Source: an uncultured Candidatus Saccharibacteria bacterium (GTDB lineage Bacteria; Patescibacteriota; Minisyncoccia; Phycocordibacterales; UBA9973). Taken from it: DNA of 64,000 nucleotides. Each line of letters starts with the position of its first letter. Position 1 is the first letter of the stretch. Below the pieces are notes generated by a model that saw nothing but the letters and a program-made list of their open reading frames with translations, did no database searches and was not told the DNA's origin. The stretch is taken from contig CAZYIA010000003.1 in assembly GCA_964646765.1 (NCBI GenBank), positions 66,815-130,814 on the forward strand, read 5' to 3'. This document shows positions 1-9,784 of this stretch, piece by piece. The position numbers and the translations under genes were made by a program.

Positions 1-2
1 TT

Positions 3-701
3 GTTGTGCACGGCGACGGCAAGGCAGATTTTGAAACTCTCGCTGATCTCGTAGCAATGAATCGGCCGGAAATGCTCGGAGTAGGGGAACCTCTGGTTAT
101 TGGCGAAATAACTATCCCACGACCAGGAATTGTGCACCGACTCGATAAAGAAACTTCTGGCGTAATGATTCTAGCGAAAACCCACGAAGCTTTTTCATTG
201 CTTAAGTCTGCATTCGCCGATCGCGAAGTTCAGAAGGTATACCATGCGTTTACCTACGGCGCGATAAAAAATTCCGAAGGAGTAATTGATACGCCAATCG
301 GTCGTTCGTCAGGCGATATTCGCAAATGGGCTGTAGCTCGCGGTGCTCGTGGTGAGCTTCGAGAAGCAGTTACTGAATATACTGTTCTTGCTCGCCTCGG
401 ACTTCCAGAAGGGAAAGAGAGAGGTAGCACAGAACCAGGAACCTACTCATATATAGAAGCGCGACCAAAGACTGGCCGAACCCACCAAATCCGAGTGCAT
501 ATGCGCTCGATTAACCATCCAATTATTTGCGACGCCCTCTATGCCCCAGGCCGAGAGGGAGGACTTGGTTTTTCACGATTAGCGCTTCACGCTCGTTCGC
601 TTACCTTAACGCTTCCAAATGGTACAGAGCAGACTTTTACAGCTCCATTTCCGGCTGATTTTATAGAAGCTCGAAAAGTTGCGGGATGCGAAAACGTGTG
701 A
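3..701 (+). CDS. RluA/RluD-family pseudouridine synthase, 5' end probably outside window
   Basis: [14 protein letters not shown] and [10 protein letters not shown] motifs; frame opens at VVH, so upstream part is likely truncated. Confidence 0.92.
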   Translation, partial: VVHGDGKADFETLADLVAMNRPEMLGVGEPLVIGEITIPRPGIVHRLDKETSGVMILAKTHEAFSLLKSAFADREVQKVYHAFTYGAIKNSEGVIDTPIGRSSGDIRKWAVARGARGELREAVTEYTVLARLGLPEGKERGSTEPGTYSYIEARPKTGRTHQIRVHMRSINHPIICDALYAPGREGGLGFSRLALHARSLTLTLPNGTEQTFTAPFPADFIEARKVAGCENV

Positions 702-717
702 TAGAGTAAGCCCCGTT

Positions 718-1110
718 ATGAAATTGGGTATCAAACTCTCTCCAGCTGAGACTGACGAGCGCAAGAAGCTCGCTTTTTCTTCTGGTGACACGCTCCGCGT
801 ATGGTCAAAAGTGAAGGATAAGGATAAGTTCCGTCTCCAAGCTTTTGAAGGTATTGTTCTTGCTCGTAAACATGGGGCAACTGCTGGGGCAACTTTTACT
901 GTTCGCAAAATATCAAATGGTGTTGGTGTTGAACGTATTTTCCCGCTCTACTCACCAATGATCGATAAGATTGAAGTAGTCCGCCAGGCTCGCGCTCGTC
1001 GTTCGAAGCTCTACTACGTTCGAGAAAAAGCTGTTCGCGATATTCGTCGCAAGATGAAGAGCGTTACAGTTACAACTACTGACGAAGCAGAAGCAACTGC
1101 AACTGAATAA
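718..1110 (+). CDS. rplS: 50S ribosomal protein L19
   Basis: [35 protein letters not shown] motifs; ATG at 718. Confidence 0.96.
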   Translation: MKLGIKLSPAETDERKKLAFSSGDTLRVWSKVKDKDKFRLQAFEGIVLARKHGATAGATFTVRKISNGVGVERIFPLYSPMIDKIEVVRQARARRSKLYYVREKAVRDIRRKMKSVTVTTTDEAEATATE

Positions 1111-1113
1111 CTA

Positions 1114-1140
1114 GAAAAATCCCGCTTGGCGGGATTTTTC
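1114..1140 (+). terminator. Intrinsic terminator after rplS
   Basis: gaaaaatcccgc-ttg-gcgggatttttc inverted repeat with T tract. Confidence 0.85.
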
Positions 1141-1206
1141 GTTGGTCAGAAAATACTTGAAAAATAAGATAAGTTTGGGTATAGTGGGGCACGCACTACT
1201 ATATAT

Positions 1207-1290
1207 GCGCGGGTGGCGAAATTGGTAGACGCACTACCTTGAGGTGGTAGCGGCCGCAAGGCTGTGGAAGTTCAAATCTTCTCCCGCGCA
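1207..1290 (+). tRNA. tRNA-Leu(GAG), CCA not encoded
   Basis: Acceptor gcgcggg/cccgcgc, D-loop aattggtaga, anticodon arm ctacc-ttGAGgt-ggtag, long variable arm, T-loop gttcaaatc. Confidence 0.96.
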
Positions 1291-1296
1291 CATGAT

Positions 1297-1326
1297 ACAA
1301 AAAAGGCGACTGCTCGCCTTTTTTGT
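1297..1326 (+). terminator. Terminator-like hairpin after tRNA-Leu
   Basis: acaaaaaaggcga-ctgc-tcgccttttttgt. Confidence 0.75.
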
Positions 1327-1338
1327 TTACATGGGCGA

Positions 1339-1599
1339 GGCGGAGTGATGTTTTGCGAGCACGCAAAACCACGAGCCGGGGTCGCGGAATTGTATGAGCG
1401 ACGGCGAATACAATATCCGTGACCACAAGTAAAAGACGAGCGAAGGCTCGTCTTTTACTATGCGCGGGAAGTGAGCAGCCTGCGTTGCTCACGTGGAGAT
1501 TTGAACGCCGGAGCGATATTCGGCTAGCAAGCCGAATCGCGAGGCGGTGCCCAGACAAAGGCGAGTGACGATGAGCCTTTAGTTGCGGGCAAATCTTCT
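1339..1599 (+). repeat. tRNA-associated structured repeat, two module copies (about 1339-1424 and 1506-1590) plus tRNA-end copies
   Basis: Hairpins with AGCA and GACG loops and a GGA/GA internal loop; homologous to 19344-19430. Confidence 0.75.
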
Positions 1600-1681
1600 T
1601 GTTATGCTTGTTAACTTGTAACCCAAGAAACTATTCCCAGTTTCTGGAGGTTTTTTAGTATACATACGATATACTTGTCTC

Positions 1682-4600
1682 ATGTTACCAATTGCGATTG
1701 CTCGATCATTCCGAGCCACAGTGTTTTCTCTGGTCGTACTTTTCTCATTAACGGCAGTACCGGTATTTGCCGCTCCTCCAACGTTGGCAAATTATACGTA
1801 CGCAACAACAGCAACAACAACGAGTGCGACAGCTGACTACACATTTACTTTTACAACAGCAACTGAGGTTACTAACGCTAGTGAAATGATTTTCAAAGGA
1901 GATTTTGGATCTTCGTTTGATCTCTCATCAAGTACAGCTGCTGTTACTGTTGGCGGCACTCCTATAACAGTTGGAGAATTTTGGAATGGAGGAGGAAGTG
2001 GCAATGTATATATTCGGTTAACTGATACAGTACCCGCAGGCTCAAACGTTGTAGTTACCATTTCAAATATTGTTAATCCAAGTTCAGCAGGGTACTACAC
2101 TATTGACTCGGTTGGGACAGGGGACAGTGGACGAAACACTATTGATGCTGTGCCGTATACAACAACATTTACTATTGGTGATCCTACGCCAATTTTTGAT
2201 GGTGGTGATGGATCTGATGGATCACCATTTTTAATCAGTACATGTTTACAACTACAAGGAATATCGCACGATCTTACTGCTACAGCTCACTATAAACTTA
2301 CGACCGATGTTGATTGTTCAGAAACATCGTCGTGGAATGGTGGTAAAGGATTTACACCACTTGGTGATGGAGGTCATCCATTCATGGGGACATTCTTGGG
2401 TAATGGTCACATAATTTCAAATCTCTATATTAATGATGCAGCTTCTGCGTATGCTGGTTTATTTGGTAATGCCTATGGTGGAGCTGTTATCCGAGGCGTT
2501 CAACTGAGTGGCGCCACCGTTATTGGTGGAACGAGCGTTGGTTCTCTTGTTGGGAGCATGGCTGGCGTTACATTTGAATATAACAGTGTAATAACTGCAA
2601 CGGTAACTGCTTCAAATGGCGCAGGATCCGCTGGAGGACTCATTGGGTATGCGGGAGAAGCGAACAATATTCATGATTCCTACTCACAAGACGCAACCAT
2701 AAACGGAGGCACAAGCGCCGGTGGTGTTATTGGTTGGCTTAATGATGGAGTATACAGTTTAGTTTCTAATCTTTATTTTGCTGGCACCAACCTTACTGCT
2801 GGTGACTTCGCCGGACCAATTGCAGGAAGTTCAAACAATACAGTTTCAAATTCGTTTTATGATCATGATCTATACGGAAGTGATAATGGGGTTGGAACAG
2901 CTAAGACAACCGGTGAGATGCAAACTGAATCAACATTCACTGATGCCACTTGGGATTTTGAAGATGTCTGGGTGCTTAATGTAGAAAGTTATCCAACACT
3001 GCGATGGACAGAGCCGGTAACAGCAACCTATGGTGGAGGCGATGGCTCGGAAGGTAGTCCGTTTCAGATAAGTTCGTGCGATCAGTTGCAGTACATGTCT
3101 CATGATCTTACCGCACATTATATTTTGACCGGAGATGTAGATTGTTCAGGAATTACCAACTTCAAGCCAGTTGGTACGATTGATACTCCGTTTACTGGTG
3201 GATTTGATGGAGATCATCACACTATTTCAAATCTCAATATTAACCGACCACTTCGTGACACGGGTGTTGGTTTGTTCGGCGCAATTCAAGGAGTTGCCAT
3301 CACAGATCTTGTTTTAAACACCAACATAAATATCTCAGGTCATGATTATGTAGGTTCTCTCGTTGGTAACGCTGTTAACAGTCAGATAACAAATGTGACT
3401 GCAACTGCAACAGTTAGTGGCCACGGACAAGTTGGTGGACTGATCGGAGCAATCAATGGTGGAACAAATGTTACGCATTCCTCAGTGCTAAATGGAACCA
3501 CCGTGAGTGGATCCTCAGCTGTTGGTGGTTTGATTGGGTTGGAAGCTTCATCAACATATGGAGTGTTTTATGTGACACAGTCATCCGCGGCAGCTACAAC
3601 CGTGAGCGGTGATAATGGAAACATTGGTGGCTTGATCGGGTATGTTTCAACTGGAGGTATTGCCGATTCATACTCTCAATCAAATATAAGTCTTGGAGGC
3701 ATTGCCGTTTCTCAGGTTGGTGGTCTTATCGGTGGTATGAGTCATGGCATGTTGCTTCGAACCTATGCAGCAGGAACTGTTTCGACAAATAGTACTAATG
3801 CCACTACCGCTGGCTTAGTTGGAGGAGCATTCTTTAGAGGATCAATTACCGACTCATTTAGTGCGGTCCATAACTCTGGTATTGGTGCAAGTTTCGTGTA
3901 TGGATTGTATGGATCATTTAGTCTGGATACTGGTGATGGCTTTGCACTTTCCAATAACTTTTATGACGGAAGTCAAAATGACAGCAACGCATGTTATGCA
4001 AGTGGTCCTGATAGTGAATTAAACTGTGTGCAAATCAATCCAATTGATCCCGCAACATATTGGAAGCAGGTAATTAACAGTCCAATTGCAGTGTGGGATA
4101 CCACTACTGTTTGGAATGTTGCTACCAGTGGTTCAAATTGGCCTGAACTTTATGCAGAAGGTGAGCACGCCCCAACAGTGTTTGCTGGAACAGGTACCAC
4201 AAACGATCCATATCAAATCGGTAGTTGTGGTCAGCTTCAGGCAATGAACGAACACCTCGACTCACACTTTATTCTTTTAAGTGATATTAATTGTTCTGAA
4301 ACTTCAGCTTGGAACAGCGGTCTTGGCTTTTCACCAGTAGGAGATCAGACGGATAGATTCCAGGGAGAACTCAACGGTGACGGTCATACTATTAGCGGTT
4401 TGACGATTAACCGTCCTGCTCAAGTTGATGTTGGTTTGTTTGGATATACAGATGGTGCGCTTATAAAAAATATATCTTTAACCACCGCAACAATTACTGG
4501 TCTTACGTATGTTGGAGCACTGGCAGGTTTTATCCGCGATACGACTCTCAATGATGTATCTATTAGTGCAACCGTGAGTGGTGAAAGTAATATAGGTGCG

Positions 4601-5914
4601 CTTGCCGGAATTATTACAGAATCAACAGTTGAAGACTCAAATTCGGAAGGAACTGTCACCAGTTCTGCTAGTCTTGCTGGTGGTTTTGCTGGGGAGACAG
4701 CTTGCGGATCAGAATTCTCACGTGATTTTTCTACAGCAACTGTGAGCGGCGAAACAGATATTGGTGGATTTACCGGATTTGATGGTTGTGAAGGACCTGG
4801 ATCAATATTTAATGAAGTGTATGCAACTGGTAGTGTGACTGGGACAAATAAAGGCATAGGAGGATTGATTGGTCATGCAGTTCAATCGACAGTTCAAAAT
4901 GCGTATGCGAGTGGTGATGTACACGGATCTGACTTAGTTGGTGGTCTTGTTGGAAACGGAATGGATGGTACCTATGCAAAAGTATATGCTCGAGGCCATG
5001 TAACCGGAACTACAGGAAATGTTGGTGGATTATTTGGTAAATTAGCTGGCCAAGAAATTACCATCTCTAATACCGATACTTTTTTTGACGCAACTATTAT
5101 GTCTAACGATCCTGGAACTTGGGGGACAGGGAAGACAACAGCGCAAATGAATTCTAATGGAACATTTATTACTGCTGGTTGGGATTTTGAAGAAGTGTGG
5201 GCTCGCCGTGATGTGCACAATGATGGCTACCCATACTTTAAGTGGCAGTTTGAAGAAACAGACACAACAGCCCCAGTTATCATTTTGACTTCACAACCTC
5301 CACGAAATACAACTACTTCAAATGTCATTTGGGCATTTCAAACAAATGAAGCTTGTGAGGTGATTGCCGAACCAATAGTTGCATCTCCAGCATATGAGGC
5401 TGAGCTTCTCTTTGAAGAAGTTCAGGTTGGTACTAATGTTCATGGAACACTACAACCAGTTCAAACAGGGGAAACATACACTATTACATTTAGTTGTCGC
5501 GATAACGCAGGTAATGTTTCAAATGAGCTCACCGTCGGACCATTTACTGTTGGGAATGGCTCAGGTCCTGTTCTTATCACCACTCCTATCCCAGGATATG
5601 GAGGAGTTCCGCCACTTAATTCTTCTACGGGCACTCCTGGATTAAATGGTGGAATCTCAAACACTGAAATTTTCACGCACGATCTCGGCTTTGGTATGAC
5701 TGATCCTGATGTGAAGCGTCTCCAAGAGTACCTTAACAGCCACAATGCTCAAATTGCTAAATCTGGTCCTGGATCTCCAGGAAAAGAAACTACCCGATTT
5801 GGTTCTCTCACGAGAAGCGCTCTTAAGAAATTTCAGAAAGCACACGGCATTACCCCAACAACTGGTTACTTTGGACCAAAGACCCGAAAGTGGGTGAATG
5901 AGCACTGGAATTAG
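1682..5914 (+). CDS. Large secreted surface protein, three GLUG-type repeat modules and C-terminal peptidoglycan-binding domain
   Basis: Signal peptide; repeated GxGSxxSPFxIxxCxQLQ heads, many VGGLIG repeats; C-terminal DVKRLQEYLN...FQKAHGITPTTGYFGPKTR. Confidence 0.85.
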   Translation: MLPIAIARSFRATVFSLVVLFSLTAVPVFAAPPTLANYTYATTATTTSATADYTFTFTTATEVTNASEMIFKGDFGSSFDLSSSTAAVTVGGTPITVGEFWNGGGSGNVYIRLTDTVPAGSNVVVTISNIVNPSSAGYYTIDSVGTGDSGRNTIDAVPYTTTFTIGDPTPIFDGGDGSDGSPFLISTCLQLQGISHDLTATAHYKLTTDVDCSETSSWNGGKGFTPLGDGGHPFMGTFLGNGHIISNLYINDAASAYAGLFGNAYGGAVIRGVQLSGATVIGGTSVGSLVGSMAGVTFEYNSVITATVTASNGAGSAGGLIGYAGEANNIHDSYSQDATINGGTSAGGVIGWLNDGVYSLVSNLYFAGTNLTAGDFAGPIAGSSNNTVSNSFYDHDLYGSDNGVGTAKTTGEMQTESTFTDATWDFEDVWVLNVESYPTLRWTEPVTATYGGGDGSEGSPFQISSCDQLQYMSHDLTAHYILTGDVDCSGITNFKPVGTIDTPFTGGFDGDHHTISNLNINRPLRDTGVGLFGAIQGVAITDLVLNTNINISGHDYVGSLVGNAVNSQITNVTATATVSGHGQVGGLIGAINGGTNVTHSSVLNGTTVSGSSAVGGLIGLEASSTYGVFYVTQSSAAATTVSGDNGNIGGLIGYVSTGGIADSYSQSNISLGGIAVSQVGGLIGGMSHGMLLRTYAAGTVSTNSTNATTAGLVGGAFFRGSITDSFSAVHNSGIGASFVYGLYGSFSLDTGDGFALSNNFYDGSQNDSNACYASGPDSELNCVQINPIDPATYWKQVINSPIAVWDTTTVWNVATSGSNWPELYAEGEHAPTVFAGTGTTNDPYQIGSCGQLQAMNEHLDSHFILLSDINCSETSAWNSGLGFSPVGDQTDRFQGELNGDGHTISGLTINRPAQVDVGLFGYTDGALIKNISLTTATITGLTYVGALAGFIRDTTLNDVSISATVSGESNIGALAGIITESTVEDSNSEGTVTSSASLAGGFAGETACGSEFSRDFSTATVSGETDIGGFTGFDGCEGPGSIFNEVYATGSVTGTNKGIGGLIGHAVQSTVQNAYASGDVHGSDLVGGLVGNGMDGTYAKVYARGHVTGTTGNVGGLFGKLAGQEITISNTDTFFDATIMSNDPGTWGTGKTTAQMNSNGTFITAGWDFEEVWARRDVHNDGYPYFKWQFEETDTTAPVIILTSQPPRNTTTSNVIWAFQTNEACEVIAEPIVASPAYEAELLFEEVQVGTNVHGTLQPVQTGETYTITFSCRDNAGNVSNELTVGPFTVGNGSGPVLITTPIPGYGGVPPLNSSTGTPGLNGGISNTEIFTHDLGFGMTDPDVKRLQEYLNSHNAQIAKSGPGSPGKETTRFGSLTRSALKKFQKAHGITPTTGYFGPKTRKWVNEHWN

Positions 5915-5941
5915 GTCTCAGTACTACAAATTTATCCACAC

Positions 5942-5982
5942 ATATAGTAAAGGGAGCCAAGTCTTGGCTCCCTTTACTATAT
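5942..5982. repeat. Perfect 20-bp inverted repeat (terminator or binding site)
   Basis: atatagtaaagggagccaag-t-cttggctccctttactatat. Confidence 0.85.
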
Positions 5983-5993
5983 ACTTAGAGCAT

Positions 5994-8900
5994 ATGTTTA
6001 TATCACGACGTCTTTTTTCAGTCGTTTTCTTTGCGATTGCTATTGTACTAGTATCGGGAGTTTCATTTCCAACCATCGTTCATGCCGCGGCAACCGATGT
6101 TACTTCGTGTGCAGATTTTGAAAATATCAATAACAGTCTTGATGGTGATTATGTTCTAACCACTAACATTGATTGTACCGACGAAGGTAACGCGATCATG
6201 GTAGGCACTGACGGTAGTCCGTTCACTGGTACATTTGATGGCCAAGGTCATAAAATTACCGTAAACATTAATGTTACAGGTAGTGATTATGTCGGTCTCT
6301 TCCGAGCAATTTCAGATCCGGGTACTCGTGTAGAAAATTTGTGGGTTTCTGGCACAATCGCCGTTACCAACCAACATGGTACTGGTGCGGTAGTTGGAGA
6401 AACAAAAAGTAACTCCACTGTTTCAGAAGTAGTTAGCGATGCAACCATTACTTCTAATTATTACAACGTCGGTGGTCTCATTGGCGAAATGACCGGAAAT
6501 TCTCTTCTGGCTGATTCCTACTTCGTTGGTTCAGTCACGGCAAACATTAATATTGGGGGACTGGTTGGTTCGGCGGCAAATGCAGAAATTACTACTTCAT
6601 ATGCTGCGGGAGAAATTCACACAGACTATTTTCATAATTGGGCTGGTGGGTTAGTGGGTCATACATTCAACAGTGCTGTCTATATTATTTACTCTTTCAA
6701 CGCGAGCTCGATGGACACCAACGGCGGCGGTTTGATCGGTTATAGAGATGATACGCTCAGCGTCAGTGATAGTTACTACGATGCCACTATTTCTGGAGCC
6801 ACTGCCTGCGATCATGAAGACGTCGGTGGATCACTCACAGGTTGTACGGCTATTGTTGGTAATTCAGGTTATTTTAAAGATGACGTAACAAGCACCGCAC
6901 CATTTGCAGGCGGTACTTGGAATTTCACCGACACATGGGAGATTGCTACCAATGACTACCCACGACTCAAAGTGTTTGAAGCACTTTACCCAGTTCCGAC
7001 ATACGCAGGCGGAGTTGGCACACCAGAAAATCCATATCAAATCACTACTTGTGCGGGTATTGAAGATATCGACAACCATCTTTCAGCCTCATATGTGCTT
7101 AACAGTGATATCGATTGTACTTCAGCGCAAAATGACATTATTGTCCGAGGCCAATTCTCCGGAACGTTCAATGGTAATGGTCACACCATCACACTTTATA
7201 TAGACACGACAGATGACGGCATCGGTTTGTTTGAAATACTCTACGGTGCACACGTCAAAAATCTGCATCTTAGTGGTCAAATCATGGGAGGTGGTCTTGA
7301 AGGCGCGCTCGCTGGTACAGCAGATAATGGAACAATCATCCAATATGTAGGCAGTGATGTAAGCGTGTCTACACATACTGGTTCAAACCTGACTGGCGGC
7401 CTTGTTGGATTGCTGACACAGCACTCGTTAATTTCAAATTCGTTTAGCACTGGAGAAATTACAGCAGATGGATACGCAACCGGCGGTTTAGTAGGTTCAC
7501 TCTTTTATAGCGGAAGTATTGATCGTTCGTATGCTTCAGGCGCGGTTCATGGCGGGACAGATACAGGTGGCCTCGTTGGTAAGGGTGATACGCAGGCAGG
7601 ATCAATCACTCAAAGTTTCCAAGCCGGCCATGTGGACGGCGGACCGAATACTGGAAGTATTATTGGAGAAAGAGCGGCAGCAACATTGGCTGATGATTAC
7701 TTTGACGCAGACATAAATGGTCTCGGTGCTGTTTGTGCTGGAGATGCAAGTAACGCATGTACTTTTGTGAATGGCGAGGGAAGTAATCCGAATTATTTCA
7801 TTAACAATAGTGAGAATCCTCCGTTTCCTGAATGGGACTTCAATAACGTATGGATAACCAGCACAGGGAAGCTGCCATATTTGCGGACACCAGTTACCGC
7901 TTCGATGGCATACTATCCGCTCGATGATATCAGCGGTTCGTTTACTCAAACTACTCCAGATCTTACAGGGTTTCGTGATGCAACACTGCACGGTGCTACA
8001 CTCCCATCTCGTGTTACGGGCAACTTCCAGCATGCCCTGTCGTTTAACGGATCAAACTATGCAAGTACCTCACTTCCATTTTCTCAAAGCGGCACAATAT
8101 CGCTCTGGGCATACCCAACGACAACAGGTGCTGGCATAAGTCCTGCAGGTTGGAAGCTCACAGGTCCAGGTAATGGTTATGTGCTTTTGGATGAAGGCGA
8201 TGGAAGTCATTGGCGCGCAAATTTTCAGCCGGATATTGATGGTGCGAGTGGAGTAGTAGTAGAAGATTTAAGTTCAATTGCTACCAATCAATGGAACCAT
8301 TTAGTGATGACGTGGTCATATAATTCAATTGCAAATGAGACCACAGTTCATTTGTACGTAAACGGAGTTGATAAAGGCTCAGAGATTTGGGCTGGCACAC
8401 CAGGTGCTAATGGCCTCGGCGGATTCAATATCGGAAAGTCAGGAGATTCTAATGGCGATTACTTCACTGGTAAAATTGATGAAGTCCGCGTATACGATTA
8501 TGCCCTCGGCGCCGGAGAGGTTGCGGATCTCGCCGGTCTCGCTGTTGATCATGTGAGCGGCGTGCCAACCGTCACTGCTACAAGTCCGGAAGACGGCGCA
8601 ACTGGAGTACAAACTAATCATGAAATGAGCGGCACGATTACTTTCTCGGAGGCGATGAATCCGAACCTAAGCGAACTTTCATTTGCTCCATGTGCTTCTA
8701 CATGTCCAACCGCGGTTCTTGGTTGGGACAATGGTGATACCGTACTTGGGTTCTTGATTAATGATCCAAATCCACTCGCCCCAAATACTGAGTATACCGT
8801 TATTGTACGTGGCCAAAGTGTTGAAGGCGTATTAATGGCTTCACCATATTCGTTCTCATTTACTACTGAAGATACAGTTACGGAAACTCCAATCATGGAA

Positions 8901-9665
8901 ATTACCGCTCCACAGTCAGGTAGTTCTTATAAAACCAATGAAACGATGCATTTTAATTTCACACTTCCAGAGTTAATGTCTGCCGATACTTTGTCTATCA
9001 CATTTACGCGAACTGACACAGATGCCTCCGATATTGTTCTCAATATGAAGGATGCAAATGCAGAACAAGAAAATATCTTTGATTTACCTCTCAATAATCT
9101 AGCTGGTGCAGAAGAAGTAGTACTTGCTCACGTGATGCAGGATACGGTAAACAATATTCCTGCTGGAACCTATACCATTACGCTTTCGTACCAAGATGCT
9201 GCAGGAAATCCTGCTGCTACGGCTTCAATTTCAAATATTGTTATTGCTGAACCGACAGTCACTTCGCACAACGTTACTCTTATTCCTTCAGGCCCTGGTA
9301 GTATTGGACACTTTGTTTCATCTTCAGGTACGAACGCATCCGACTGCCAACCAGGATTTCTTGTTTCGCCAAATACGGGGCAATCCTGTATCCAGGAGCA
9401 ACAGCCCACAGCTATCTTCCTCAAGGACCTCAAAAAGGGAATGGTTGATCCCGACGTCTCTAAACTTCAACACTACCTTGATCTCGCTGGTTTCCCAGTA
9501 GCACTTACTGGCCCAGGCTCGCTTAACCATGAAACTACGACTTTTGGGTCAAAAACAGTGATAGCTTTAAAGAAATTTCAGAAAGCTCATGGTATTCCAG
9601 CAACTGGTTTCTTTGGACCAAAAACGAGAGCCTATGTTAATGCTCATCTCGATATACTCAAATAA
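5994..9665 (+). CDS. Large surface protein: GLUG repeats, LamG-like domain, Ig-like domains, C-terminal peptidoglycan-binding domain
   Basis: Signal peptide from ATG 5994; WNHLVMTW...LYVNG...FTGKIDEVRVYDYAL (LamG); PTVTATSPEDGATGV...ITFSEAM (Ig-like); PG-binding tail. Confidence 0.85.
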   Translation: MFISRRLFSVVFFAIAIVLVSGVSFPTIVHAAATDVTSCADFENINNSLDGDYVLTTNIDCTDEGNAIMVGTDGSPFTGTFDGQGHKITVNINVTGSDYVGLFRAISDPGTRVENLWVSGTIAVTNQHGTGAVVGETKSNSTVSEVVSDATITSNYYNVGGLIGEMTGNSLLADSYFVGSVTANINIGGLVGSAANAEITTSYAAGEIHTDYFHNWAGGLVGHTFNSAVYIIYSFNASSMDTNGGGLIGYRDDTLSVSDSYYDATISGATACDHEDVGGSLTGCTAIVGNSGYFKDDVTSTAPFAGGTWNFTDTWEIATNDYPRLKVFEALYPVPTYAGGVGTPENPYQITTCAGIEDIDNHLSASYVLNSDIDCTSAQNDIIVRGQFSGTFNGNGHTITLYIDTTDDGIGLFEILYGAHVKNLHLSGQIMGGGLEGALAGTADNGTIIQYVGSDVSVSTHTGSNLTGGLVGLLTQHSLISNSFSTGEITADGYATGGLVGSLFYSGSIDRSYASGAVHGGTDTGGLVGKGDTQAGSITQSFQAGHVDGGPNTGSIIGERAAATLADDYFDADINGLGAVCAGDASNACTFVNGEGSNPNYFINNSENPPFPEWDFNNVWITSTGKLPYLRTPVTASMAYYPLDDISGSFTQTTPDLTGFRDATLHGATLPSRVTGNFQHALSFNGSNYASTSLPFSQSGTISLWAYPTTTGAGISPAGWKLTGPGNGYVLLDEGDGSHWRANFQPDIDGASGVVVEDLSSIATNQWNHLVMTWSYNSIANETTVHLYVNGVDKGSEIWAGTPGANGLGGFNIGKSGDSNGDYFTGKIDEVRVYDYALGAGEVADLAGLAVDHVSGVPTVTATSPEDGATGVQTNHEMSGTITFSEAMNPNLSELSFAPCASTCPTAVLGWDNGDTVLGFLINDPNPLAPNTEYTVIVRGQSVEGVLMASPYSFSFTTEDTVTETPIMEITAPQSGSSYKTNETMHFNFTLPELMSADTLSITFTRTDTDASDIVLNMKDANAEQENIFDLPLNNLAGAEEVVLAHVMQDTVNNIPAGTYTITLSYQDAAGNPAATASISNIVIAEPTVTSHNVTLIPSGPGSIGHFVSSSGTNASDCQPGFLVSPNTGQSCIQEQQPTAIFLKDLKKGMVDPDVSKLQHYLDLAGFPVALTGPGSLNHETTTFGSKTVIALKKFQKAHGIPATGFFGPKTRAYVNAHLDILK

Positions 9666-9679
9666 ATAATAGAACTTTA

Positions 9680-9720
9680 CTAAAAAAAACCAGAACAAAT
9701 CCTCGTTCTGGTTTTTTTAG
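9680..9720 (+). terminator. Intrinsic terminator
   Basis: ctaaaaaaaaccagaac...gttctggtttttttag. Confidence 0.75.
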
Positions 9721-9784
9721 TTTTACTAACCGTTACCTGAAACCGTGATATACTTCAAATACTAGTAATAACGTTTTTTTGCAT

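Noticed and set aside
1199-1558. 119-aa minus-strand ORF
   Set aside because: Antisense to tRNA-Leu and the structured repeat; no protein features.
1339-1599. CRISPR array or integron attC interpretation of the repeats
   Set aside because: No identical regularly spaced repeats, no cas or intI gene, no clear attC boxes flanking ORFs.
5898-5993. N-terminal extension overlapping the upstream gene
   Set aside because: Runs through the palindrome; the signal peptide and -10 box support ATG 5994.
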